64,000 bases of DNA from Ruminococcus sp. Its GTDB lineage: Bacteria; Bacillota; Clostridia; Oscillospirales; Acutalibacteraceae. Position 1 is the stretch's first letter; each line of letters begins with the position of its first letter. The DNA lies in the NCBI GenBank assembly GCA_051880975.1, contig JBJEOZ010000239.1, positions 33 through 64,032 of the forward strand, written 5' to 3'. A model generated the notes under the pieces. It was not told the origin of the DNA, did no database searches, and saw nothing but the letters and a program-made list of their open reading frames with translations. A program made the translations under genes and the position numbers. Of the stretch, positions 41,641-51,633 are shown piece by piece.

Positions 41641-41985
41641 TTATTTCAACAATTTTTCCACATCAGCAGGTTTCAGCACCTTGCCCATTGATACAACGTT
41701 TTCGTTCACCACAATGGCGGGCATACTCATAACACCGTATTCCATTACCTTTTCCATATCTGTGATGTACTCCACCTCAACAGGCAAGCCAAGTGTTTTT
41801 ACAGCCTCTTTTACATTTTCGTATTGCTGATGACAGGACTTGCACCCTGCACCCAAAACCTTAATGCTTGAAATTTCCTGTTCTGTTGAGCAACACTCCT
41901 TAGTTGTTTCCTTGCTCTCACAGGAACAACAGCAACAAGGTGTTTTCTCCTCTTTTTCTTTCTTCTTAAAATTAAACAATGCCAT
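41641..41985 (-). CDS. small redox-active disulfide (thioredoxin-family) protein
   Basis: IKVLGAGCKSC, YGVMSMPAIVVN; Cys-rich N-terminus. Confidence 0.85.
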   Translation of the reverse strand: MALFNFKKKEKEEKTPCCCCSCESKETTKECCSTEQEISSIKVLGAGCKSCHQQYENVKEAVKTLGLPVEVEYITDMEKVMEYGVMSMPAIVVNENVVSMGKVLKPADVEKLLK

Positions 41986-42001
41986 AAAAATTTACCTCCA
42001 A

Positions 42002-42880
42002 TTAATAATTATCTCCGTACATTTGAATGTACTCCTCTTCTGCCTGATAGGCTTTTTCCATTCCTCTGCCACATCTTGGATATAGCAAAACACATCTTTT
42101 TCCGCAACCGTCACAGACGAGGTTACCCAAATATTCTTCAAGTGACGGTATATCCTCAGTTTCCTGCTCAGTTATAACCTCTGTATCTTCTTCAACATTC
42201 TCTGTATATTCCTCAATAGTAGTCGGAACTGTTGTTTTTTCGTTGAAAGGCGGTTTTGAGGTTGTATCTGCAAAATTCCTTGTCGCAATCTTTTTATTGG
42301 ATCTTATGTATGAAACAGGCTTATCCTCATTAATCTTATGCAAAAGCAGTCCAACATACAAAATCACAGCCACAAGCGCCCCTGCACCAAATCGTCTTAG
42401 TGCAACTGCCATCTCTTTACTTTTTAATGCAGACGGAAGTTTTTTAGCCACCCCAACAAGGTACTTTCCGTGGAAGAGAATATGAACTCCCATTAATGCA
42501 AGGCATACAAAGGAAAAGAACTCGTGAATGTCCCCTATAAAATGAATGTGCGTCACATTGGGCAAGATAAATAATTCTTTTGCAATTAATATTCCTGTCA
42601 AAATTACAACAGGCATACAAACAACCAAGGCAATATCGGAAAGAGCAAGAATTTTTCTATCGATTTTTGCCCCACCGTTTTTTATTGCCTTAAACAAACC
42701 CTTTATCATAGAGATATTCAGGAGAATGTGTATCACAAACAGGAGTCCAATTCCGATACCCACAGTTTCGTGGAAAAAACCACCTAAATCCTCTGCAAAC
42801 ATAAGGAGCAAATAGAGGACTACCATTACTATATCCAGCAAAATTTTCACTATTATATTTCGTTTCATAGGTTTACACAC
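42002..42880 (-). CDS. DUF4405-like membrane protein with C-terminal Cys cluster
   Basis: several TM helices with HE..G and H..LH motifs; CDGCGKRC..PRCGRG tail; start may instead be the ATG at 42868. Confidence 0.7.
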   Translation of the reverse strand: MCKPMKRNIIVKILLDIVMVVLYLLLMFAEDLGGFFHETVGIGIGLLFVIHILLNISMIKGLFKAIKNGGAKIDRKILALSDIALVVCMPVVILTGILIAKELFILPNVTHIHFIGDIHEFFSFVCLALMGVHILFHGKYLVGVAKKLPSALKSKEMAVALRRFGAGALVAVILYVGLLLHKINEDKPVSYIRSNKKIATRNFADTTSKPPFNEKTTVPTTIEEYTENVEEDTEVITEQETEDIPSLEEYLGNLVCDGCGKRCVLLYPRCGRGMEKAYQAEEEYIQMYGDNY

Positions 42881-42883
42881 TTT

Positions 42884-43897
42884 CTAAATGATGTAATTTT
42901 GAATTGCGTTAAAGAAGTATCCAACAACGATAATGCCTACCGTACAAATTGCAATGAATATTCCAAGGAGCTTTGGCTTTACTGCCTTGCGGAGCATAAT
43001 CATTGAGGGAAGTGACAGGGTAGTTACACCCATCATAAAGGACAGCACAACACCCAAAAATGCACCCTTTGCAAGGAGCGCCTCCGCTATCGGAATTGTG
43101 CCGAAAATATCGGCATACATAGGAACTCCCGCAACTGTTGCAAGTATAACTCCAAATGGATTGTTGTCGCCAAGGAGCTTTACTATAAATTCCTGTGGTA
43201 TCCAGTTGTGGATAATTGCACCTATTAGAACCCCAATTAGGATATATGGGATTACCTTTTTGGCGGTTGTTACCACCTGTTCCCAAGAATATTTTAGTCT
43301 GTCCTTAAAGCGTAGTTCTTCCTGTGGCAAATCAAAGGATTTGCCATTTCGGATAAATTCCTCCACCTGATTTTCAAGGTGGAGTTTTTCAATAAGTGTA
43401 CCGCCCACAACTGCAATTACAAGTCCAAGTACAACATAGATAACTGCAACCTTCCACCCGAAAATGCTCATAAGCAACACAAGACTGCCAAGGTCAACCA
43501 TTGGGGAGGATATAAGGAAAGAGAATGTTACCCCAAGGGGCAATCCGGCACTTGTAAATCCAATAAACAGCGGAATTGAGGAGCAGGAGCAAAATGGAGT
43601 TACCGTACCCAGCAGGGCGGCAATAATATTCGCCCATATTCCGTGAAATCTGCCCAGTATCCTCTTTGTCCTTTCCGGCGGAAAGTAGCTTTGAATATAT
43701 GAGATAATCAAAATCAAAACACACAGAAGTACAATAATTTTTATTGTGTCATAAATAAAAAACTGAACACTGCTCCCGATTTTTCCTGATGTGTCCAAGC
43801 CACAGGCATTTAGCAAATAGCCAATTAAACGACTTAACCAGCTCATTCCTAAAATTTCATTTTGAAAGAAATCCCAAACTGATTGAGCAATTTCCAT
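42884..43897 (-). CDS. ArsP/DUF318-family permease
   Basis: TPFCSCSSIP, FLISSP, GVPMY, LSLPS motifs. Confidence 0.88.
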   Translation of the reverse strand: MEIAQSVWDFFQNEILGMSWLSRLIGYLLNACGLDTSGKIGSSVQFFIYDTIKIIVLLCVLILIISYIQSYFPPERTKRILGRFHGIWANIIAALLGTVTPFCSCSSIPLFIGFTSAGLPLGVTFSFLISSPMVDLGSLVLLMSIFGWKVAVIYVVLGLVIAVVGGTLIEKLHLENQVEEFIRNGKSFDLPQEELRFKDRLKYSWEQVVTTAKKVIPYILIGVLIGAIIHNWIPQEFIVKLLGDNNPFGVILATVAGVPMYADIFGTIPIAEALLAKGAFLGVVLSFMMGVTTLSLPSMIMLRKAVKPKLLGIFIAICTVGIIVVGYFFNAIQNYII

Positions 43898-43917
43898 AAA
43901 TTCACCCTTTCATATAG

Positions 43918-44354
43918 TCATTCATTAAGCATCTGTTCAAGGATTTCAACAGCATCCCTAACCATTAATGGGCAAACTGTTTTGCACAATCCCTTTGATG
44001 CAATTATTTCAAATTCGTCCTCCTTGGATAAATCATAGCCAAGTAAATCACGACAAACTATGGAGTTGTTTTTCTCCTTAAAGCGTCTTGTAAATTCCGT
44101 TGTAAGGGAATACGCCTTTTGCTTTTCTTCCTCATCTTCTGAATGAATGTGTCCGAATTTCAAGCCCAAAACCATAAGTGCACCTGAAACTGCTCCGCAC
44201 ATTTCGCCGTTTCTTGCACCACCGCCAAAGGCAGTTGCCAGCTTTAGCGCCAGTTCTTCGCTAATTCCATCTTCCGTTGAAAAGCAGTAAAAACTGCTTG
44301 GGAGCAATTATAGTTGTTGCTAAAAAGTTGTAATGCCTTATCTACATTGTTCAT
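43918..44354 (-). pseudogene. C-GCAxxG-C-C family redox protein, frameshifted
   Basis: MNNVDKALQLFSNNYNCSQAVFTAF joins STEDGISEE..FGGG..CGAVSG only if one base is added to the A4 run at 44280-44283. Confidence 0.8.
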
Positions 44355-44367
44355 AATAAACATCTCC

Positions 44368-44658
44368 TTAATCTTCTTTTTTCAAAATATCAAGATATTT
44401 TTGTGCCTCATCAATTCCCTTTTGGGAAATTGAGTAGTGAGTCCACTTGCCTTCTTTTCGACCAACCACAATTCCCGAGTCGCAAAGGATTTTCATATGA
44501 TGGGATAATGTGGGCTGGGTAACATCAATTTCTTCAAGTAGCCTACAGGCGCATTTTTCCCCTGTGCTGAGCATATCCAAAATTCTAATTCTGTTTTCGT
44601 CACAAAATGCTTTAAAAATCGTTGCCGTTTTCTTTTCGTCAATATTCAAAACTGCCAC
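44368..44658 (-). CDS. ArsR/SmtB family transcriptional repressor
   Basis: FKAFCDENRIRI, EKCACRL, QPTLSHHMK, GKWTHY; true start may be the TTG at 44649. Confidence 0.92.
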   Translation of the reverse strand: MAVLNIDEKKTATIFKAFCDENRIRILDMLSTGEKCACRLLEEIDVTQPTLSHHMKILCDSGIVVGRKEGKWTHYSISQKGIDEAQKYLDILKKED

Positions 44659-44661
44659 CTC

Positions 44662-44717
44662 ACATTCATAAGTGTCTATATGTAATTATAATCATATATA
44701 GATATTTGTCAATATGT
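44662..44717 (-). promoter_or_regulatory. ArsR operon promoter with two operator-like repeats
   Basis: TTGACA-16 bp-TATAAT (44712-44685), overlapped by an ATATnGA-n6-TCnATAT palindrome (44696-44715); similar site at 44662-44683. Confidence 0.65.
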
Positions 44718-44787
44718 TTTCAAAAAAATGGACTGCCCAAAATGAGCAGTCCAAAATTTTAATTTAAGTTAATTAAAGTACATCAAA

Positions 44788-46167
44788 TTACTTCTTTACA
44801 GTTACCTTACATACAGCGCCCTTCTTGGAGCCGTCCTTTGCTGTGAATGTAACCTTTGCATTACCCTTCTTAACAGCTGTCAGCTTAACAGCCTTGCCTG
44901 ATGCTACAGTTGACTTGTTAACCTTAACAACCTTTTTGTTGCTTGACTTAACAGCAAGGTTCTTGTTGTAAGCTGTCTTTGGAGCTACAGTAGCAGTAAC
45001 ATTAGCTGTGCTACCCTTCTTTGCAAGTTTAACGGATGTGCTGTTCAGTGTAACCTTTGTTACAGCCTGATTTACAGTTACTGTGCACTTAACTGTCTTT
45101 TTACTTCCGTCCTTTGTTGTAGCGGAAACAGTAGCAGTACCCTTCTTAACGCCTGTTACAACACCTGTTTGTGTAACTGAAGCAACCTTTGTGTTGGATG
45201 ACTTCCAGTAAACTGACTTGTTGTAAGCGTTTGTTGGGGAAACATATACCTTAAGTGTAACCTTTTTGCCTGTTAATACAGTAGCCTTCTTAGCCATTGT
45301 GATTGACTGAACAGACTGTCTTACTGTTACCTTACAGGTAGCAACCACAGGACCGCCAAGTGCCTCTGCTGTAATTGTAGCTACACCTGCACGAACACCC
45401 TTTACAACACCTGACTGTGTAACAGTTGCAATACCGTTGTTTGATGATGACCACTTAACAGCCTTGTTGGTTGCATTATCAGGAGAAATAGTAGCCTTTA
45501 GTGTAGTAGTTCTGCCTGTATATACAGTTGCTGTCTTGTTCAAAGTGATATCTTTAACCAATATACCATCCCATGTTACTGTTGTAGGTGGTGCCGGTGT
45601 TGATGCAGTAGTTGTTGGCTTTGGTGTTGAAGTTGTTGGCTTTGGAGTTGATGTAGTTGTTGTTGTAGTTGGCTTTGGTGTAACAACTGTGTCAAAACGA
45701 CCGGAAATTCTGTTTTCGTCATAAGTACCGTCGCCAACAATCAAAACAGAGTTAACATCATCAACGATTTCCCAAGTGTTCTGAACCTCGTAGTTACCGG
45801 CCTTCAGAACTGTGAATTCCATTGTGAAGAATACCTTTTCTGTTGTAAGGTCATATGGGTTGTTAAATGATGAACCGCAGTAATACAGAAAACCCTTGTA
45901 CATTGTGTTGTACATAAGTCCCTGTGGTGTGCTTGGCATATCTGCTGATTCGAGCTGAAGACCTGTGTAGTCATATGTTGCATAACCCTGGAAGTCTTCC
46001 CACTTTTCGTCTGAGCTTACATAGTAGGTAACTGTTACCTTGTCGCCTACATTTGCTGTTTTACCGTTAACGGTAGCTGTTGTTTCGGCACTTGCTGATG
46101 TGATAGCTACTGTTGCCATAGCAGTAAGCATTACAACAGCCATTGCCAATGAAATTAGTTTTTTCAT
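44788..46167 (-). CDS. secreted protein: cohesin-like N-terminal domain, P/T linker, three Ig-like (Big_2) domains
   Basis: signal peptide; VGDKVTVTY..YD..L; TTTTTTSTPKP linker; repeated NK.V.W.SSN..VA.V...G.V.GV. Confidence 0.8.
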   Translation of the reverse strand: MKKLISLAMAVVMLTAMATVAITSASAETTATVNGKTANVGDKVTVTYYVSSDEKWEDFQGYATYDYTGLQLESADMPSTPQGLMYNTMYKGFLYYCGSSFNNPYDLTTEKVFFTMEFTVLKAGNYEVQNTWEIVDDVNSVLIVGDGTYDENRISGRFDTVVTPKPTTTTTTSTPKPTTSTPKPTTTASTPAPPTTVTWDGILVKDITLNKTATVYTGRTTTLKATISPDNATNKAVKWSSSNNGIATVTQSGVVKGVRAGVATITAEALGGPVVATCKVTVRQSVQSITMAKKATVLTGKKVTLKVYVSPTNAYNKSVYWKSSNTKVASVTQTGVVTGVKKGTATVSATTKDGSKKTVKCTVTVNQAVTKVTLNSTSVKLAKKGSTANVTATVAPKTAYNKNLAVKSSNKKVVKVNKSTVASGKAVKLTAVKKGNAKVTFTAKDGSKKGAVCKVTVKK

Positions 46168-46264
46168 AGAGTCCTCCCTTTTTTATGAAAAATTTTTAAT
46201 TTTTTTATAAAACCGTTTCCCGTTTATGAATTTTCGCCCGGGGAAAACGGAAATTATACATTTC

Positions 46265-47383
46265 TTATACAGTTCTTACTCTGATTACTCCCTCAACATC
46301 AACCTGTGATGATGTTGCGTTGTCGATAATCATATAGCAGTAGTCGCCCCTTGTGCCAACTGCACAGTCCTCGGAGCCTGTTGCCTTTTTAACATCCTCA
46401 ACATTAACATCTGCCTTTGCAATTACGCAAACTCTTGTACCGCCTGTCTTATCCTTGGAAACGCATGGCAGGTTAACTGAATTTACAATGTTGCCGTTTT
46501 CAAGGTAATCCTTAACCTCGTCAGCAGCCATAATAGCACAGTTATCTTCACTTTCAGGTGTAGATGCGCCAAGGTGAGGCATTGCAATAACGCCCTCTTC
46601 ACCAAGGATGTCGTCTGTTGCAAAGTCTGTTACATATGCGCTCATTTTTCCGCTGTTGAGGGCAGAAAGAATGTCGGCAGAATTAACAAGACCGTCACGG
46701 CTGTAATTGAGAATTCTTACGCCGTCCTTCATCTTGCCAATGGTTTCGCTGTTAATCATACCACGAGTTCCGTCATTAAGTGGAACATGGACTGTGATAT
46801 AATCGGCAACCTTATATACATCATCGTTAGTTTCAACGATAGTGCAGTCGTTAAGCTTTGCTTTGTTAGCGTCGCTTAGGTAAGGGTCACAGCCAACAAC
46901 GCTCATACCAAGTGCAACAGCTGCATTGGCAACCTTGATACCGATAGCGCCAAGACCGATAACACCAAGTGTTTTGCCTGTGATTTCAGGGCCTGCAAAG
47001 TTTGACTTGCCCTTTTCTACCATTTTACCAACCTGGTCGCCGTTACCCTTTAGGGTTTTTGCCCACTCGATACCGCTTACAATCTTTCTTGATGACATCA
47101 AAAGACCTGCAATAACAAGCTCCTTAACTGCATTTGCGTTAGCGCCCGGGGAGTTGAAAACAACAATACCCTTTTCTGCACAATCCTTAACAGGAATGTT
47201 GTTAACACCTGCACCTGCTCTTGCAATAGCAAGCAGGCTTTCAGGCATTTCCATATCGTGCATTGACGCTGAACGAACAAGAACAGCCTCAGGTGCGTCA
47301 CACTGGTCTGACACATTGTAGTTATCGCCCAGTCTGTCTGTGCCACACTTAGAAATCTTATTTAAAGTAAGTACATTAAACAT
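46265..47383 (-). CDS. serA: D-3-phosphoglycerate dehydrogenase
   Basis: RAGAGVNN, GLGAIG, PHLGAST; follows serC. Confidence 0.9.
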   Translation of the reverse strand: MFNVLTLNKISKCGTDRLGDNYNVSDQCDAPEAVLVRSASMHDMEMPESLLAIARAGAGVNNIPVKDCAEKGIVVFNSPGANANAVKELVIAGLLMSSRKIVSGIEWAKTLKGNGDQVGKMVEKGKSNFAGPEITGKTLGVIGLGAIGIKVANAAVALGMSVVGCDPYLSDANKAKLNDCTIVETNDDVYKVADYITVHVPLNDGTRGMINSETIGKMKDGVRILNYSRDGLVNSADILSALNSGKMSAYVTDFATDDILGEEGVIAMPHLGASTPESEDNCAIMAADEVKDYLENGNIVNSVNLPCVSKDKTGGTRVCVIAKADVNVEDVKKATGSEDCAVGTRGDYCYMIIDNATSSQVDVEGVIRVRTV

Positions 47384-47433
47384 TTCAGTAAATCTCCTAA
47401 CAAATATGTTTTATACCAATATAGCCTATGAAA

Positions 47434-48519
47434 TTATGCGTTTTCCTCTTCAAACTTCTTCATAAATTCAACCAGCTTTTCAACGCCCTCATATGGCATT
47501 GCATTGTAGATAGAGGCTCTCATACCGCCAACTGTACGGTGTCCCTTGATGTTTACAAAGCCTGCATCCTTTGCCTCGGCAACAAACTTTGCGTCAAGGT
47601 CCTTGTCGCCTGTAACGAAAGGAACATTCATAAGGCTTCTGTCCTCTTTTACAACAGTACCCTTAAACAGCTTTGAGCTGTCAAGGAAACCGTAGAGAAG
47701 TTCTGCCTTCTTCTCGTTAAGCTCCTTCATCTTTTCAAGACCGCCAACCTCGTTCTTAATCCATTCAAGCACAAGCTTAGCCATATAAATTGTGTAGCAA
47801 GGTGGTGTGTTGAACATTGAACCTGCGTCAACATGAGTCTGATAGTTGAACATGGTAGGTGTGATGTCCATTGCGTTGCCAACCAAATCCTCACGGATAA
47901 TTACAATAGTAAGGCCTGCTGGGGCAAGGTTCTTCTGTGCACCTGCAACAAGGCAACCAAACTTGCTTACATCAATAGGCTCACTCATAATGCAGGAAGA
48001 AATATCTGCAACAAGCGGAATATCACCTGTGTCAGGCAGTTCGTGATAAACTGTGCCGTAGATTGTGTTGTTCATACAAATGTAGAAGTAGTCTGCATCC
48101 TTTGAGAATGTGGACTTATCAAGCTTTGGAATGTAGGAGAAAGTTTTATCCTCTGAGGATGCAACAATGTTAACCTCTCCGTATCTTGCAGCCTCTTTAG
48201 CTGCCTTTTTAGCCCACTGACCTGTAACAACATAGTCAGCCTTTCCGTTCTTTGTCATAAGGTTCATTGGAACCATTGCAAACTGTGAGGAACAACCGCC
48301 CTGCAAGAACAGCACCTTGTAGTTGTCGGGAATGTTCATTACTTCTCTCATAAGAGCTTCACATTCCTCAATAATTCCACCGAACTCCTTACTTCTGTGT
48401 GACATTTCCATTACGGACTGACCACTGCCCTGATAATCCAGCATTTCTGCTGCCGCTTTTTTTAATACTGATTCAGGCAGCATTGATGGACCTGCCGAAA
48501 AGTTATATACCCTTGACAT
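47434..48519 (-). CDS. serC: phosphoserine aminotransferase
   Basis: NFSAGP, EMSHRS, GAQKN, NTPP, GHRTVGGMRASIYN. Confidence 0.96.
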   Translation of the reverse strand: MSRVYNFSAGPSMLPESVLKKAAAEMLDYQGSGQSVMEMSHRSKEFGGIIEECEALMREVMNIPDNYKVLFLQGGCSSQFAMVPMNLMTKNGKADYVVTGQWAKKAAKEAARYGEVNIVASSEDKTFSYIPKLDKSTFSKDADYFYICMNNTIYGTVYHELPDTGDIPLVADISSCIMSEPIDVSKFGCLVAGAQKNLAPAGLTIVIIREDLVGNAMDITPTMFNYQTHVDAGSMFNTPPCYTIYMAKLVLEWIKNEVGGLEKMKELNEKKAELLYGFLDSSKLFKGTVVKEDRSLMNVPFVTGDKDLDAKFVAEAKDAGFVNIKGHRTVGGMRASIYNAMPYEGVEKLVEFMKKFEEENA

Positions 48520-48639
48520 TTTTATTATCTCCTTATCATAAATCATAATTAACCCATTGGGTTATACTTAAAGGTCATATTAAATTATATTCCTTTAATT
48601 GGTTAAAGTCAACTACAATTAAATGAACATAGTTTTAAA

Positions 48640-49578
48640 TCAACTTAACTTCATTTCTCCGATTACAGATTTTAGGTCATCTCTCATACGGATTGCCTCT
48701 CTCCTTGCGGCTTTTGCGTAATCCATCTGGTCAAGTCCCTCTTCTTTTTGCCATGCGCACATTATTCCACGGGATGAGTTTACAATAGCACCAATTCCCT
48801 TTTCGTCAAAAGCGCCCTGGCAGTCCTTTGCACCGCCACCCTGAGCACCGTAACCGGGAACAAGGAAGAATGTCTTTGGCAGTTCACTTCTAAGCTCTGT
48901 AAGCATTTCGGGATATGTAGCTCCCACAACAGCACCAACACCGGTGTAGCCGTACTTTCCAACAGTTGTTTCGCCCCAATGCTCACACATTTTACCCATA
49001 TGGAGGTAAACTGTTTCGTCACTTCTGAATTCAAGATTTTGCAGTTCTCCTGATGATGGGTTTGAGGTTTTCACAAGAACAAAGATACCTTTGTCCTTAT
49101 CCTTGCAAATATCAAGCAAAGGACTGATTCCGTCTGTGCCTAAGTAACCGTTTACAGTAAGGGCATCTGCACCGAAAGCCTCCTCCTTAACTCCGTCAAC
49201 ATCAGTTTCCCCAAGGTGAGCGACGGCATATGCTTCCATTGTTGTGCCGATGTCGTTTCTCTTACCGTCTGTAATAACAAACATACCCTTTGACTTAGCA
49301 TACTTTATTGTTTCGTCCAAGGCTCTCACACCATACCAGCCGTACATTTCGTAGTATGCACACTGTGGCTTGATTGCAGGAACAACATCGCAAAGCTCAT
49401 CAATAAGTCCTTTGTTAAAGGTCAAAATTGCATCAGCCGCACCCTCAAGGGTTTTGCCGAATTTTTTGAAGGACTCTTCCTTAATTTTTTCGGGAATGTA
49501 TGCAAGCTTTGGGTCAAGACCTGCAACTGTGGGGTTTTGCATTTCTACAATTTTTTCAATCAATCTATCAAATGACAT
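48640..49578 (-). CDS. pyrF: orotidine-5'-phosphate decarboxylase
   Basis: GLDP, DGKRNDIGTT, KTSN, VVGAT, PGYGAQGG, NSSR. Confidence 0.95.
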   Translation of the reverse strand: MSFDRLIEKIVEMQNPTVAGLDPKLAYIPEKIKEESFKKFGKTLEGAADAILTFNKGLIDELCDVVPAIKPQCAYYEMYGWYGVRALDETIKYAKSKGMFVITDGKRNDIGTTMEAYAVAHLGETDVDGVKEEAFGADALTVNGYLGTDGISPLLDICKDKDKGIFVLVKTSNPSSGELQNLEFRSDETVYLHMGKMCEHWGETTVGKYGYTGVGAVVGATYPEMLTELRSELPKTFFLVPGYGAQGGGAKDCQGAFDEKGIGAIVNSSRGIMCAWQKEEGLDQMDYAKAARREAIRMRDDLKSVIGEMKLS

Positions 49579-49591
49579 TTTTATTCTCCTA

Positions 49592-50257
49592 TTATACTCC
49601 GTATGTTTCTCTGTACTTCTTCATAGCGTCAAGGTGTTCCTTGCCCTCAACAACTCCATTTTCAATGGCTGAAATAATGTCGTCCATTGTTACAACGGAA
49701 TGAACCTTAATGCCGAATTCGTCCTCTACCTCCTGAACGGCAGACTTTTCACCGCCCTTGCCTATTTCCATTCTGTCAACAGAAATAACCATATCTGTAA
49801 CCTTTGCAGAGCACATACCCTTAATCTTTTCCATAGACTCCCTGAGAGCCTTGCCTGAGGTGATAACATCATCAACAAAAATCAGTGTGTCGTTGTCCCC
49901 AAACTGATAGCCGATAATCATACCGCCCTCACCGTGGTCCTTGACCTCTTTTCTGTCAAAGCAGTAGTTCATATCAACACCGAACTTGTTGTTAAGGATA
50001 ATTCCTGTTGCAATAGCCAGTGGAATACCCTTGTATGCAGGGCCAAAGATTGCGTCACCCTTGATTTTGTTATCCATAATACATTCGGCGTAAAATTCAC
50101 CAAGCTTGGAAATCTGTGAGCCTGTTTTGTAGTTGCCTGTATTGATAAAGTATGGAGAAAGTCTTCCGCTTTTCAGTGTGAATTCTCCGAAGCGAAGGAT
50201 TCCTCCCTCTACCATAAATTTGATAAATTCCTCTTTGTAAGTAAGTTCTTTACCCAT
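49592..50257 (-). CDS. pyrE: orotate phosphoribosyltransferase
   Basis: FTLKSGR.SPYF, GPAYKGIP, RKEVKDHGEGG, VDDVITSG. Confidence 0.96.
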   Translation of the reverse strand: MGKELTYKEEFIKFMVEGGILRFGEFTLKSGRLSPYFINTGNYKTGSQISKLGEFYAECIMDNKIKGDAIFGPAYKGIPLAIATGIILNNKFGVDMNYCFDRKEVKDHGEGGMIIGYQFGDNDTLIFVDDVITSGKALRESMEKIKGMCSAKVTDMVISVDRMEIGKGGEKSAVQEVEDEFGIKVHSVVTMDDIISAIENGVVEGKEHLDAMKKYRETYGV

Positions 50258-50344
50258 CTTTCTTCTCCTTATTTATTATATTTCATCAAGGAAATACACC
50301 AGGAAATTTGCTTTGCGGTCTGTTTCCTTGAGTTCTATCAAATA

Positions 50345-51631
50345 TTAATTACTTTTTGTATCATCAAAAACAATTTTACCCTCAAGGATAGTCATAACCA
50401 CCTTGCCCTTCATTTCCATACCGTGGAAAGGAGTGTTTTTGCTTTTTCCGTGGAGCTTTTCTCTGTCCACAGTCCAAACCTTGTTTACATCAACAAGGGC
50501 AATGTCGGCATTTGCGCCTGTTTTGATTGTTCCAGCGTTTATTTTCAGAATGTTTGCAGGTGCAGTACTCATAAGCCCTGCAATATCCATAAGGGAAAAC
50601 TTTCCATTGTGATAAAGTTGTGTAAGTGTGACGGCAAGGCTGGTTTCCATACCTATTGAGCCGTTTGGCGCTTTTACGAAGTCAGCCTTATCCTCCTCTG
50701 TATGAGGTGCGTGGTCAGTTGCAATGCAGTCAATAGTTCCGTCCAAAAGACCCTCTATTATTGCCTTTCTGTCCTCCTCTGTCCTAAGTGGAGGATTCAT
50801 TCTGTAATCTGCATTCTTGCTTTCCAAGGCATCCTCTGTCAGGGTGAAGTAATGAGGGGCTGTTTCGGCAGTTACCTTAACTCCCCTTTTCTTTGCTTTT
50901 CTTATGAGTTCAACAGATTCTTTTGTGCTGACATGACAAATGTGAACAGGGGAATCGGTTTTTTCTGCAAGGATAATTTCCCTTTCGGTACCGTTGTTTT
51001 CGGCATCATTTGGTATTCCCTTAATGCCAAACTTTTCTGACATTTTACCCTCATTAATCTTTCCCCCATCGGCAAGGGCTAAATCCTCACAATGGGCAAC
51101 AACAGTCATACCAAGCTTAGGGGCATTCTTCATTGCCTCTGCCATAATCTTTGGGTCAAGGACAGGTCTGCCGTCGTCAGAAAGACCTATTGCACCTGCT
51201 TTTCTAAGGGATAAAAGGTCGGTTGCCTCCTTACCCTTTAAACCCTTTGTTATTGAACCGGCAACATATACCCTTGACTTGCAGTTTTTAGCCTTGTCAA
51301 GGATATAGCTGATAACACCTGCGTTATCAATGGTAGGGTCGGTGTTTGGCATACACAACAGGCTTGTTACACCACCTGCGGCGGCGGCATTTGTGCCTGA
51401 AACAATATCCTCTTTGTCTGTCTGACCCGGATCCCTGAGATGCACATGAAGGTCAACAAGGCCCGGCATAGCCACAAGACCTTTGCCGTCAACCACAGTG
51501 TCACTTTCCTCTGCCCTAAAAGGCTCGGCGATTTTTCCGCTGCGGATATATATATTTGTGATTTCGTCTTTGTTTTCAGCCGGAGATATTACTCTGACAT
51601 TTTCAATGATAAGATTATTAATATTAATCAC
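50345..51631 (-). CDS. pyrC: dihydroorotase
   Basis: DLHVHLRDPG, MPNT, HCED, MNPPLR, TDHAPH. Confidence 0.95.
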   Translation of the reverse strand: MININNLIIENVRVISPAENKDEITNIYIRSGKIAEPFRAEESDTVVDGKGLVAMPGLVDLHVHLRDPGQTDKEDIVSGTNAAAAGGVTSLLCMPNTDPTIDNAGVISYILDKAKNCKSRVYVAGSITKGLKGKEATDLLSLRKAGAIGLSDDGRPVLDPKIMAEAMKNAPKLGMTVVAHCEDLALADGGKINEGKMSEKFGIKGIPNDAENNGTEREIILAEKTDSPVHICHVSTKESVELIRKAKKRGVKVTAETAPHYFTLTEDALESKNADYRMNPPLRTEEDRKAIIEGLLDGTIDCIATDHAPHTEEDKADFVKAPNGSIGMETSLAVTLTQLYHNGKFSLMDIAGLMSTAPANILKINAGTIKTGANADIALVDVNKVWTVDREKLHGKSKNTPFHGMEMKGKVVMTILEGKIVFDDTKSN

Positions 51632-51633
51632 CC

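Noticed and set aside
45590-45690. Short tandem repeats in the 44788 gene and the sortase tail
   Set aside because: They encode ordinary Pro/Thr/Lys linkers.
50286-50331. Hairpin with AAGGAAA ends resembling the MITE terminal repeat or a PyrR site
   Set aside because: Similarity to the MITE is under 10 bp and no PyrR consensus is present.
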